From Oscillospiraceae bacterium (GTDB taxonomy: Bacteria > Bacillota > Clostridia > Oscillospirales > CAG-272), in contig SVUC01000001.1 of the NCBI GenBank assembly GCA_015063455.1, positions 1-50,728 of the forward strand: DNA of 50,728 nt, read 5' to 3'. The position numbers were made by a program, and so were the translations under genes. Each line of letters starts with the position of its first letter. Position 1 is the first letter of the stretch. Shown in pieces: positions 1 to 6,861 of this stretch. The notes beneath the pieces were generated by a model. It did no database searches and was not told where the DNA came from. It saw nothing but the letters and a program-made list of their open reading frames with translations.

Positions 1-515
1 GGTGAGAAAATGAAACTCGATCCCAAAGAAATCCAAAGGCAGCAGACCTTTGATAGCTTCTGCAAGAAGGTATTGAAGCACGAGGCCGCAAACGGACACC
101 GGGAGATCAATCGGAGGGCACTTGTGGAAATACCTATGAGCGAACTACCGGAAGAAGCTATGGAACAGCTTGCGGTGTACGATGAATATCCCTGGGACTA
201 CACATCGTTTCAAGTTGGAAATGAGACTGTGTATGTCAAGCATGAACGTTTGGCCGAGGCGTTGGCTGCCATTCCTGAAAAGGAACGCAATATCATCCTT
301 ATGTATTGGTTCCTGGATATGGCAGACCGTGAGATCGCTACCCATCTGGGCATAGCGAGGCGAACGGTCAATACCCATCGGCAAAAAGGTTACGATCTGC
401 TGAAAAAGCTGATGGGAGGTGAAGCGGATGAATAATACTGCTAAAGAACCTTGCCTGATACCCTATCCGGTGATTGAAGCTGCAATCAGCGGTGATACAG
501 ACGCGGTAAATAATG
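1..515 (+). mobile_element. Edge or remnant of a Tn916-family-like ICE regulatory module (sigma-like gene plus truncated HTH gene)
   Basis: Hand counts give roughly 45-57% G+C over the first ~500 nt. This drops abruptly to very AT-rich sequence after ~515. The two genes resemble, from memory, the small sigma-like and HTH pair found near the integrase end of Tn916-like ICEs. No integrase or att site is visible in the window. Confidence 0.4.
10..435 (+). CDS. Small sigma-70 region-4-like DNA-binding protein (ICE ORF7-like)
   Basis: 141 aa ORF. The C-terminal part 'ERNIILMYWFLDMADREIATHLGIARRTVNTHRQKGYDLLKKL' looks like a sigma-70 region 4 / LuxR-type HTH. A GGTGAG Shine-Dalgarno (SD) sequence lies upstream. 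The stop overlaps the next ATG (ATGA coupling). Confidence 0.6.
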   Translation: MKLDPKEIQRQQTFDSFCKKVLKHEAANGHREINRRALVEIPMSELPEEAMEQLAVYDEYPWDYTSFQVGNETVYVKHERLAEALAAIPEKERNIILMYWFLDMADREIATHLGIARRTVNTHRQKGYDLLKKLMGGEADE

Positions 516-556
516 AAGCAAATGATTTTGAAACCACCTCTACGATGGTGATATAA
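428..556 (+). pseudogene. Truncated ICE helix-turn-helix (ORF8-like) gene remnant, 42 codons
   Basis: It translates to 'MNNTAKEPCLIPYPVIEAAISGDTDAVNN...'. The first ~29 aa match my recollection of the N-terminus of the protein that follows the sigma-like gene in Tn916-like elements. The reading frame then runs into AT-rich unrelated sequence and stops. It is not in the supplied ORF track because it is too short. Confidence 0.35.
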
Positions 557-634
557 TTATATTTTTTGATGTCAATTTTATATTATTAGTGGAAAAAACG
601 TGTTATAATTATAAAAGTAAAGGAGGTATATCAA

Positions 635-2566
635 ATGGAATTCTTAAAATCACAAAACCTTTTTCATTTTCACTATGATGGTAAACCGTTTTCAGAATTA
701 AAGTACACTGTATCTAAAACTGTTGAAGGCAACGTTGTTACATCAGAGTATATTTTTGAAGATGGACTCAAGATCACAAACATTGCAACAAAACACGAAG
801 ACAACCTTTATGAGTGGGTAAACTGGCTCGAAAACATTTCAGACGGTCCTACAAAACAGATCACATCATTCACAGATAGTTTTATTTCTATGCCTCTTCC
901 TAAGAGTATTCCCGTACCGACTGAGCTTGGTTATTCTCCAATAAATAATAATGCAATACTGTACTCACCCAAGGGTTCATGTTGGGCATATGATGAATTC
1001 GGCGGTAATCCCGTTTCACTTACCAAGGGAAATTCGAGAAAGATTTATGCTTCAGCCGGAAGATGCAGCGCGGCAAATGCGCCGTTCTTTAATGTACACT
1101 GTCTCGGAAAAGGTTATATTTTTGCAATCGGCTGGACAGGATTCTGGAAATGTACAGTTGAACGTACAGATGAAGGTGTTGATATCAGAACAAAGATCAA
1201 CTCCACAAACTTCCATCTTCTTCCCGGTGAAAAGTTCCGTACAAGTTCATTTGTAATTATGTCTTATGAGGGAACAGTTGCGGAATCTCAGAATCAGTGG
1301 CGCCGTTGTGTAAAAAAGCATTTCTCTCTGATCGGTCAGGAAGGACGAGAACAGTATGGACCACTTAGCGCAGGTATTTGGGGCGGAATGAGAAGCGCAT
1401 CCGTGATCGAGAGAGTTGAAACATTCAAAAAATATGATCTTCCTTATGATTTTGTCTGGATGGATGCAGGTTGGTACGGGCGTGATACAAAACCGACCCC
1501 CAACGAATTTGATACAGAATGGGCTCAGCATACAGGAGATTGGTGCGTCAGCCCGCTTATCCACACGAATAATCTGAAGGATGTCTCAAAAGCTATCCAT
1601 AATGCCGGAATGAAGTTCCTTCTCTGGTTTGAGCCTGAGCGTGTTCCTCCGACAGCACCGATCATTAGTGAACATCCGGAATATTTCCTTGAGATAAAGA
1701 ACGAGAATTATCTTCTCAATCTCGGAGATCCTGTTGCTTGGCAGTATTGCTTTGATACGATTTCCGGTCTTATCGAAGAAATAGGTCTCGACGGTTACAG
1801 ACAAGACTTTAACTATGATCCTATGGCTGCATGGGAGAGTACAGATTCTGAAGGAAGAAACGGCATAACAGAAATTAAGCATATCAACGGTCTGTATCGT
1901 TATTGGGATGCTCTTCTTGAAAAGTTCCCGCACCTTCTTATAGATAACTGTGCTTCCGGCGGAACAAGAATTGATATTGAAACGATACGACGTTCAATTC
2001 CTCTTTGGAGAAGTGACGTTCAGTGTACTGCGGACTACCCCGAAATTATGTCTCAGTGTCACAACCGTTCATACAGTTATTGGCTCCCCTATTCAGGTAC
2101 AGGAAGCGGCAGACCTTGTAATCAATACCGTATCAGAAGTGCTCACGCTCCGGCAATGGCAAATCAGACACCGTGGAGCGAAAGTGAAAAATTCGGTGAT
2201 GACGAAAACCAAATGCTCATGCTCAAGAAATATCTTGATGAATACAAGACTGTTCGTCCGTATTTGAGCGAAGATTTCTATCCGCTTACTGATCTCAGCA
2301 ACAGTGAGAATGTGTGGTCAGCAATCCAGTATAACCGTCCCGAGCAGAATGACGGTATTCTTGAAGTTTATCGCCGTAAGACTTCTCCCTATGAAACAGC
2401 AATTTTCAAACTGTACGGATTAGATAAATCATCAAACTATATCTTCAGGGATGCTGATGATAACAGTGAGGTTGCCTTAAGCGGAGCAGAGCTTCTCGAA
2501 CACGGTTTATCTGTTACGATTAAAGAACAATTCTCGTCAAAGATATATTTTTACAAAAAAGCCTAA
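635..2566 (+). CDS. Glycoside hydrolase, GH36/clan GH-D alpha-galactosidase-like
   Basis: 643 aa. Motifs 'FVWMDAGWYG', 'FLLWFEPERV', 'GYRQDFNYDP', 'IDNCASGGTRID' and 'LWRSDVQ' parallel the GH36/GH27 (beta/alpha)8 catalytic blocks. AAGGAGG SD at 620-626. TGtTATAAT extended -10 at 601-609. Confidence 0.7.
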   Translation: MEFLKSQNLFHFHYDGKPFSELKYTVSKTVEGNVVTSEYIFEDGLKITNIATKHEDNLYEWVNWLENISDGPTKQITSFTDSFISMPLPKSIPVPTELGYSPINNNAILYSPKGSCWAYDEFGGNPVSLTKGNSRKIYASAGRCSAANAPFFNVHCLGKGYIFAIGWTGFWKCTVERTDEGVDIRTKINSTNFHLLPGEKFRTSSFVIMSYEGTVAESQNQWRRCVKKHFSLIGQEGREQYGPLSAGIWGGMRSASVIERVETFKKYDLPYDFVWMDAGWYGRDTKPTPNEFDTEWAQHTGDWCVSPLIHTNNLKDVSKAIHNAGMKFLLWFEPERVPPTAPIISEHPEYFLEIKNENYLLNLGDPVAWQYCFDTISGLIEEIGLDGYRQDFNYDPMAAWESTDSEGRNGITEIKHINGLYRYWDALLEKFPHLLIDNCASGGTRIDIETIRRSIPLWRSDVQCTADYPEIMSQCHNRSYSYWLPYSGTGSGRPCNQYRIRSAHAPAMANQTPWSESEKFGDDENQMLMLKKYLDEYKTVRPYLSEDFYPLTDLSNSENVWSAIQYNRPEQNDGILEVYRRKTSPYETAIFKLYGLDKSSNYIFRDADDNSEVALSGAELLEHGLSVTIKEQFSSKIYFYKKA

Positions 2567-2603
2567 TTCTTTTCTGCAGCTCAAATTATAAGGTTAATAA
2601 AAA

Positions 2604-2653
2604 AGATACTCGTAATCCAAACATTAATTTGTATGGATATACGAGTATTTTTT
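2604..2653. terminator. Bidirectional rho-independent terminator between the GH36 gene and the tRNA
   Basis: Long hairpin 'agatactcgtaatccaaaca...tgtatggatatacgagtat', flanked by an A-run on the 5' side and a T-run on the 3' side. Confidence 0.6.
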
Positions 2654-2654
2654 A

Positions 2655-2728
2655 CATCCCGGATTGGAGTCGAACCAACGGCCTGTCGCTTAGGAGGCGA
2701 CCGCTCTATCCTACTGAGCTACCGGGAC
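2655..2728 (-). tRNA. tRNA-Arg (anticodon CCT)
   Basis: The reverse complement folds by hand into a cloverleaf. Acceptor GTCCCGG/CCGGGAT, D-arm GCTC/GAGC, anticodon stem GTCGC/GCGAC with loop CTCCTAA (anticodon CCT), T-arm GTTGG-TTCGACT-CCAAT, discriminator G. No CCA is encoded. Confidence 0.9.
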
Positions 2729-2758
2729 ATATAACATAATTACGAGGAATGTGTTGAT

Positions 2759-2787
2759 ATTATATCATACGGTGAAAAAAATTGCAA
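2759..2787 (-). promoter_or_regulatory. Sigma-A-type promoter for tRNA-Arg (TTGCAA-17-TATAAT)
   Basis: On the minus strand, TTGCAA (2782-2787), an exact 17 nt spacer, and TATAAT (2759-2764), about 30 nt upstream of the tRNA 5' end. Confidence 0.5.
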
Positions 2788-2791
2788 GAAG

Positions 2792-2828
2792 AAAAAAGAT
2801 ATATTTCAGCTTAGAACATATCTTTTTT
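2792..2828. terminator. Rho-independent terminator downstream of the leaderless NPP-LamG paralogue
   Basis: Perfect 11 bp stem aaaaaagatat / atatctttttt with a 15 nt loop. U-runs are available in both orientations. Confidence 0.6.
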
Positions 2829-2886
2829 CTCTGCATTATCTTATGATTTTATAAATTTTTATAAATTCTTTTATGAAAAAACTTGC

Positions 2887-4443
2887 TCAGTTCTCCACAT
2901 TCTCAACACCGTAGTGCTTGGCAAGAGCTTTTATCTGTTCATCGGAAAGAACACCCTCGATGAGTAAGAATTCGTCAAGAGTACCCGAGAGACTGCTCAT
3001 TGTTGCAGAGGCGTCTTCACCGATACAGATTCGGCCGCAGCCTTCAAAGCCACCCTCTTTAACAGAATCGGGAAGCTCTTCTGCGATAAACTCACCAAAG
3101 TCGAACGCGAATTTCTGTTCTTGTTTTTCAAGATCAATTATATGCATAAGGTGCATCCAGCCGTCTTGATAGTCTACTGGGAGGACGACCTTAGAGCTGA
3201 TTATATCGTATGTACCGATGTTGCATCTGACGACCTTCGGCTGAAGGATCATTACAAATCCGGGATTTCTCTTGTTTGAGTTGTCCTTGTTTGCAAATAT
3301 TGCACAATCCTTGTAAACGCCGCCTGTTTTCAGCCAACAGCAAATGGTAATGCTTTTTTTGCCGATATCTATGCCGGAAAGGGTAAGATAACCGTCGTCA
3401 AGCTTGATTCCGTCTCCGTTGTATCCCTTGACATAGTAGAATTTTCCGTCACTTTTTTCGACTACAGCGGGACCGATAGCATTTTCCTCTGATCCATCAA
3501 GCGGGAGATACGCAAGGATTCGATCTTTTCCGACAATGTCTGCAATTACAGAATGATCGGGAGTTTCAGAAGGCTCGCGGTGGCGGAAGCTTGCAACGCT
3601 GTAGGTGGGCTCGAATACAGGACGTTCTTTTGCTGTGACACCTTTGAAAAGTCCTGACGGTACACGGGATGTCCAGGTTTCAGGCTGACTGTATCCAAAT
3701 GCGTGTGCGATGATCGCGGGAGTATCGCGTATCTCCATATCCACGATCGTACCGTGTTCTACAGTTTTTCCGACAGAGGCAAACATTACATAGAGCTCTT
3801 CTTTTGATAATCCGCCGTGACTTGTACCTTTTCCGCCGTGGTCAGCAGTAACGATAAACAGTGTATCGTCAATAAATCCGCGGCTCTCATACATTGCGTA
3901 AATCTTTCCGATACATTCATCAATCGTCGAGATCTGATTTAAGTGTCCCTCCGTACCGTAGCCGTAATTGTGTCCCGCGCTGTCCACAGAGTCAAATTGA
4001 ACAAAAATGAATTTCGGGTCATTTTGTGCAATGTAGTCACAGATCTTGTCTGTCAGCTCGATGTCACCGCCGTGATCCTTGTGTACTCCTAAATTATCCT
4101 CAACAATCCCCACATTAATAGGATTCCAGCAGGTGAATGAGCCCAAGGACGCGTCAGGATCATTTTCTCTGATAACACGGAAGATACTCGGGAAGATTGA
4201 GTCTGTCGGATAAGGTCTTACCGAAACAACAGTATTGGTGAGGCGGTGAATTTCAGGCTTTACACCCAAAAGCATAGCACCCCAACATTCAGCACTGATC
4301 GTCGGTTCAGCGGTAAGTGCATCATAAGTTACAGCACCGCTCTTGAAAATCTTGTCAATATTCGGAGTATCTGCATTTCTGAAATACGCACCTGCACCAT
4401 CAACGCCGATTACAATGGCACGCTTGTATATTGAATTTTCCAT
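2887..4443 (-). CDS. Leaderless (predicted cytoplasmic) paralogue of the array family: AP-superfamily NPP-like domain plus LamG-like domain
   Basis: 518 aa. It starts 'MENSIYKRAIVIGVDGAGAYF', exactly at the start of the catalytic domain in the lipoprotein copies. It shares 'PTISAECWG', 'FVQFDSVDSAGH', 'LFIVTADHGGKGTSHGG', 'GWMHL' and 'LDEFLLIEGVLSDEQIKALAKHY'. GAGGA SD upstream. Confidence 0.85.
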   Translation of the reverse strand: MENSIYKRAIVIGVDGAGAYFRNADTPNIDKIFKSGAVTYDALTAEPTISAECWGAMLLGVKPEIHRLTNTVVSVRPYPTDSIFPSIFRVIRENDPDASLGSFTCWNPINVGIVEDNLGVHKDHGGDIELTDKICDYIAQNDPKFIFVQFDSVDSAGHNYGYGTEGHLNQISTIDECIGKIYAMYESRGFIDDTLFIVTADHGGKGTSHGGLSKEELYVMFASVGKTVEHGTIVDMEIRDTPAIIAHAFGYSQPETWTSRVPSGLFKGVTAKERPVFEPTYSVASFRHREPSETPDHSVIADIVGKDRILAYLPLDGSEENAIGPAVVEKSDGKFYYVKGYNGDGIKLDDGYLTLSGIDIGKKSITICCWLKTGGVYKDCAIFANKDNSNKRNPGFVMILQPKVVRCNIGTYDIISSKVVLPVDYQDGWMHLMHIIDLEKQEQKFAFDFGEFIAEELPDSVKEGGFEGCGRICIGEDASATMSSLSGTLDEFLLIEGVLSDEQIKALAKHYGVENVEN

Positions 4444-4653
4444 ATTTATCCTCGCTTTGTTTTTCTGAATTGATATGCTTTTGTCAAACTCAATTCAAAA
4501 TATTTGCTCTGTAGAATATCGTACCATAAAAGAATGTGTTTTTCAATAAGTTTGAGAAAAAATATTCTTTTTTTGATTTGTGATTATTTTATAGAAATTG
4601 GCTTTTTGATCTTAATTTCTTTTTTCAGAAAATATTTTTTGTTTTCTAAATAT

Positions 4654-4687
4654 TGCGACAAGATTCACACGTCTATGGTGCTATAAT
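4654..4687 (+). promoter_or_regulatory. Candidate spoIIA operon promoter: extended -10 (TGcTATAAT) with a Spo0A-box-like TGTCGCA over the -35 region
   Basis: TGC-TATAAT at 4679-4687, 37 nt upstream of the spoIIAA ATG. The reverse-strand sequence TGTCGCA at 4654-4660 is one mismatch from the 0A box TGNCGAA. I found no convincing sigma-H -35/-10 pair. Confidence 0.3.
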
Positions 4688-4723
4688 ACAAACAGAAACA
4701 AAAATAAACTACGGAGAAAAGAA

Positions 4724-5053
4724 ATGACAGAACAAAGTACAGGAATTAAAAGTATAACGTCAGGGAAAACGCTTACGGTATTTCTCGACGGTGACATCGA
4801 TCATCACAATGCGAGAATGATAAGAAGTAAGATCGACACAAAAATATATATACAGCGTCCGGACGAGCTCATTCTTGATTTGTCCCGCGTATGCTTTATG
4901 GACAGCTCGGGACTTGGGCTGATCCTCGGAAGGTACACAAAAGCGGTTGAGCTTGGAATAGTTTTCAAGGTAGTAAATCCGACTCCGCAGATCAGAAAGA
5001 TACTCGATCTTGCAGGAACAGAACGACTTATAAAAATTGAGCAATATCAGTGA
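4724..5053 (+). CDS. spoIIAA: Anti-sigma-F factor antagonist (STAS domain)
   Basis: 109 aa. It carries the 'FMDSSGLGLILGRY' phosphorylatable-Ser motif and is the first gene of the spoIIAA-spoIIAB-sigF order. Confidence 0.9.
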   Translation: MTEQSTGIKSITSGKTLTVFLDGDIDHHNARMIRSKIDTKIYIQRPDELILDLSRVCFMDSSGLGLILGRYTKAVELGIVFKVVNPTPQIRKILDLAGTERLIKIEQYQ

Positions 5054-5061
5054 GGTGAGAG

Positions 5062-5514
5062 ATGTCAAAAAATACATTAATCAATCAAACAAAGATCGTA
5101 TTTCCGTCCTATTCAGCCAATGAGGCGTTTGCCCGATCTGCTGCCGCCTCATTCGTATCGCAAATGAATCCGACATACGATGAGCTCTCGGACATCAAAT
5201 GCGCTGTGTCCGAGGCTGTAACGAACGCAATTGTACACGCATACAGAGATGTACTTGGCGACGTTACTCTGATAATGAAAATGTACGATAACCGTCTGTT
5301 TTACGCTGAAATACGTGACAGAGGATGCGGTATTCCCGACGTCGAAGAGGCAATGCGTCCGCTTTTTACTACAGATCCTGAAAACGAGCGAAGCGGAATG
5401 GGATTTACAATAATCGACAATTTTATGGATTCTCTGAAGGTGACATCGGCTGTAAACAAAGGCACGAAGATCGTTATAACCAAGAAGCTCTCGCTCCTCC
5501 CGATACAGAAGTAG
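5062..5514 (+). CDS. spoIIAB: Anti-sigma-F factor / serine protein kinase
   Basis: 150 aa with HATPase_c-like motifs 'EAVTNAIVHAY', 'DRGCGI' and 'GMGFTI'. Its position in the operon also fits. Confidence 0.9.
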   Translation: MSKNTLINQTKIVFPSYSANEAFARSAAASFVSQMNPTYDELSDIKCAVSEAVTNAIVHAYRDVLGDVTLIMKMYDNRLFYAEIRDRGCGIPDVEEAMRPLFTTDPENERSGMGFTIIDNFMDSLKVTSAVNKGTKIVITKKLSLLPIQK

Positions 5515-5555
5515 TACATAGCGGTATGCCGCAAATCAAAAAATCGGGGGATAAT

Positions 5556-6296
5556 ATGGTACGCGGAGAATACAAAAATAAAGCCGCCCACAATGAAATA
5601 ATGGCGGCTCTTATGGACTATTCAAATGGGGACACATCAGCAGAGGAAAGATTAATGCAGATGAACAGCGGTCTTGTGAACGGTATTGCACACAGGTTCA
5701 AAGGCCGCGGCACAGATTTTGAAGACCTCGTTCAAATAGGATCAATAGGACTTCTGAAGGCGATACGGAGCTTCGATATGTCGCGTGGAAACGCGTTTTC
5801 GACATATGCGGTTCCTCTCATTATAGGTGAGATCAGACGGTTCCTGCGCGATGACGGTGAGATCAAAGTGAGCAGAATAATGAAAAGACTCGGTGGAGCT
5901 CTGATGTATGAGAGAGAAAGGTATATAGCCGAAAACGGAAATGAACCGCGCCTTGAGGAGCTTGCTGAGAGAGTCGGTGTGTCAGTTGAAGATGCGGTAC
6001 GCGCACTCGATTCGGCATCTCCCGTTCGATCTCTTTCTGAAGTGATCGGAGACGACGATTTCTCGCTCGAGGATGTAATTCCATCGTCAGATGATAACCT
6101 TGGAAAAATGCTTGAAAAGGTCGCTCTCAGTGAAACAATAAGAACACTGCCGCCTTTGTGGAGACAAATAATCGTTTTCAGATACTATAACGAATACTCT
6201 CAACAACAGACGGCAGATGCACTTGGACTTACACAGGTTAAAATTTCTCGTGAAGAAAAGAAAATAATGGGTGTTCTTCGGGAAGCACTCGCCTGA
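5556..6296 (+). CDS. sigF: Sporulation sigma factor F
   Basis: 'DLVQIGSIGLLKAIRSFD', 'FSTYAVPLIIGEIRRFLRDDGEIKVSR' and the region 4 block 'QQQTADALGLTQVKISREEKKI' closely match SigF. I chose the start at the ATG with a GGGGGA SD. The ORF extends to 5526. Confidence 0.9.
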   Translation: MVRGEYKNKAAHNEIMAALMDYSNGDTSAEERLMQMNSGLVNGIAHRFKGRGTDFEDLVQIGSIGLLKAIRSFDMSRGNAFSTYAVPLIIGEIRRFLRDDGEIKVSRIMKRLGGALMYERERYIAENGNEPRLEELAERVGVSVEDAVRALDSASPVRSLSEVIGDDDFSLEDVIPSSDDNLGKMLEKVALSETIRTLPPLWRQIIVFRYYNEYSQQQTADALGLTQVKISREEKKIMGVLREALA

Positions 6297-6298
6297 CC

Positions 6299-6712
6299 TT
6301 ATTCAAAAAGGGAGGCAATATAGCTGAGGTCAAGGGTGTGACCGATTGAAGAAAATCTGTATTTCCCGATATTGAATGCGGTCGCTGAACAAATCTCAAC
6401 TGATACACTCTCGTATTTCGAATAGAAGGTAACAACGAAAACAGGATCAAGATCGTCTGTTATATTGTGACGAGAGCATTCAATACCGCTCAGCTGAAGG
6501 TAAATGTTGCTGATCTCAGATGGTGTTGTAAACTTTATTACTTCATTTGTTGCCGTGTTTTTTACTGTAACCGAGTCGGTATATGGCATATGAGTTGTTT
6601 CGTCAAGCATCGGCGGGAAATAATCCTCGAGCATATGAGTCTTCAGAGAAATACATGAAACAGTCGAAAGACAAAGCAGAACGAGCATGATTATTGAAAG
6701 TACCTTTTTCAT
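6299..6712 (-). CDS. Hypothetical lipoprotein
   Basis: 137 aa. Signal peptide 'MKKVLSIIMLVLLCLSTVSC' with a lipobox Cys. I do not recognise a family. It converges on sigF with a 2 nt gap. Confidence 0.55.
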   Translation of the reverse strand: MKKVLSIIMLVLLCLSTVSCISLKTHMLEDYFPPMLDETTHMPYTDSVTVKNTATNEVIKFTTPSEISNIYLQLSGIECSRHNITDDLDPVFVVTFYSKYESVSVEICSATAFNIGKYRFSSIGHTLDLSYIASLFE

Positions 6713-6818
6713 ACTGTCAATTCCTTTCGTATTTAATTTCTTTACAAAAATATTATACAGTAAATATATGAAAAAAACAATTATTTGATAAAAATTTCTT
6801 TAATTTCAGATTGATTTA

Positions 6819-6827
6819 TGGTATAAT
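6819..6827 (+). promoter_or_regulatory. Extended -10 promoter element (TGgTATAAT) upstream of polA
   Basis: TG at 6819-6820 and TATAAT at 6822-6827, about 35 nt upstream of the polA ATG. Confidence 0.4.
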
Positions 6828-6861
6828 CAAAACATATAATTACGAAAATATAGGATTTTAT

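Noticed and set aside
4504-4686. 60 aa ORF in the AT-rich spacer upstream of spoIIAA.
   Set aside because: It has a TTG/ATG-poor context, no SD sequence, and a Phe/Ile/Leu-rich translation typical of AT-rich non-coding DNA. The region is better explained as the divergent promoter region for spoIIA and the leaderless paralogue.
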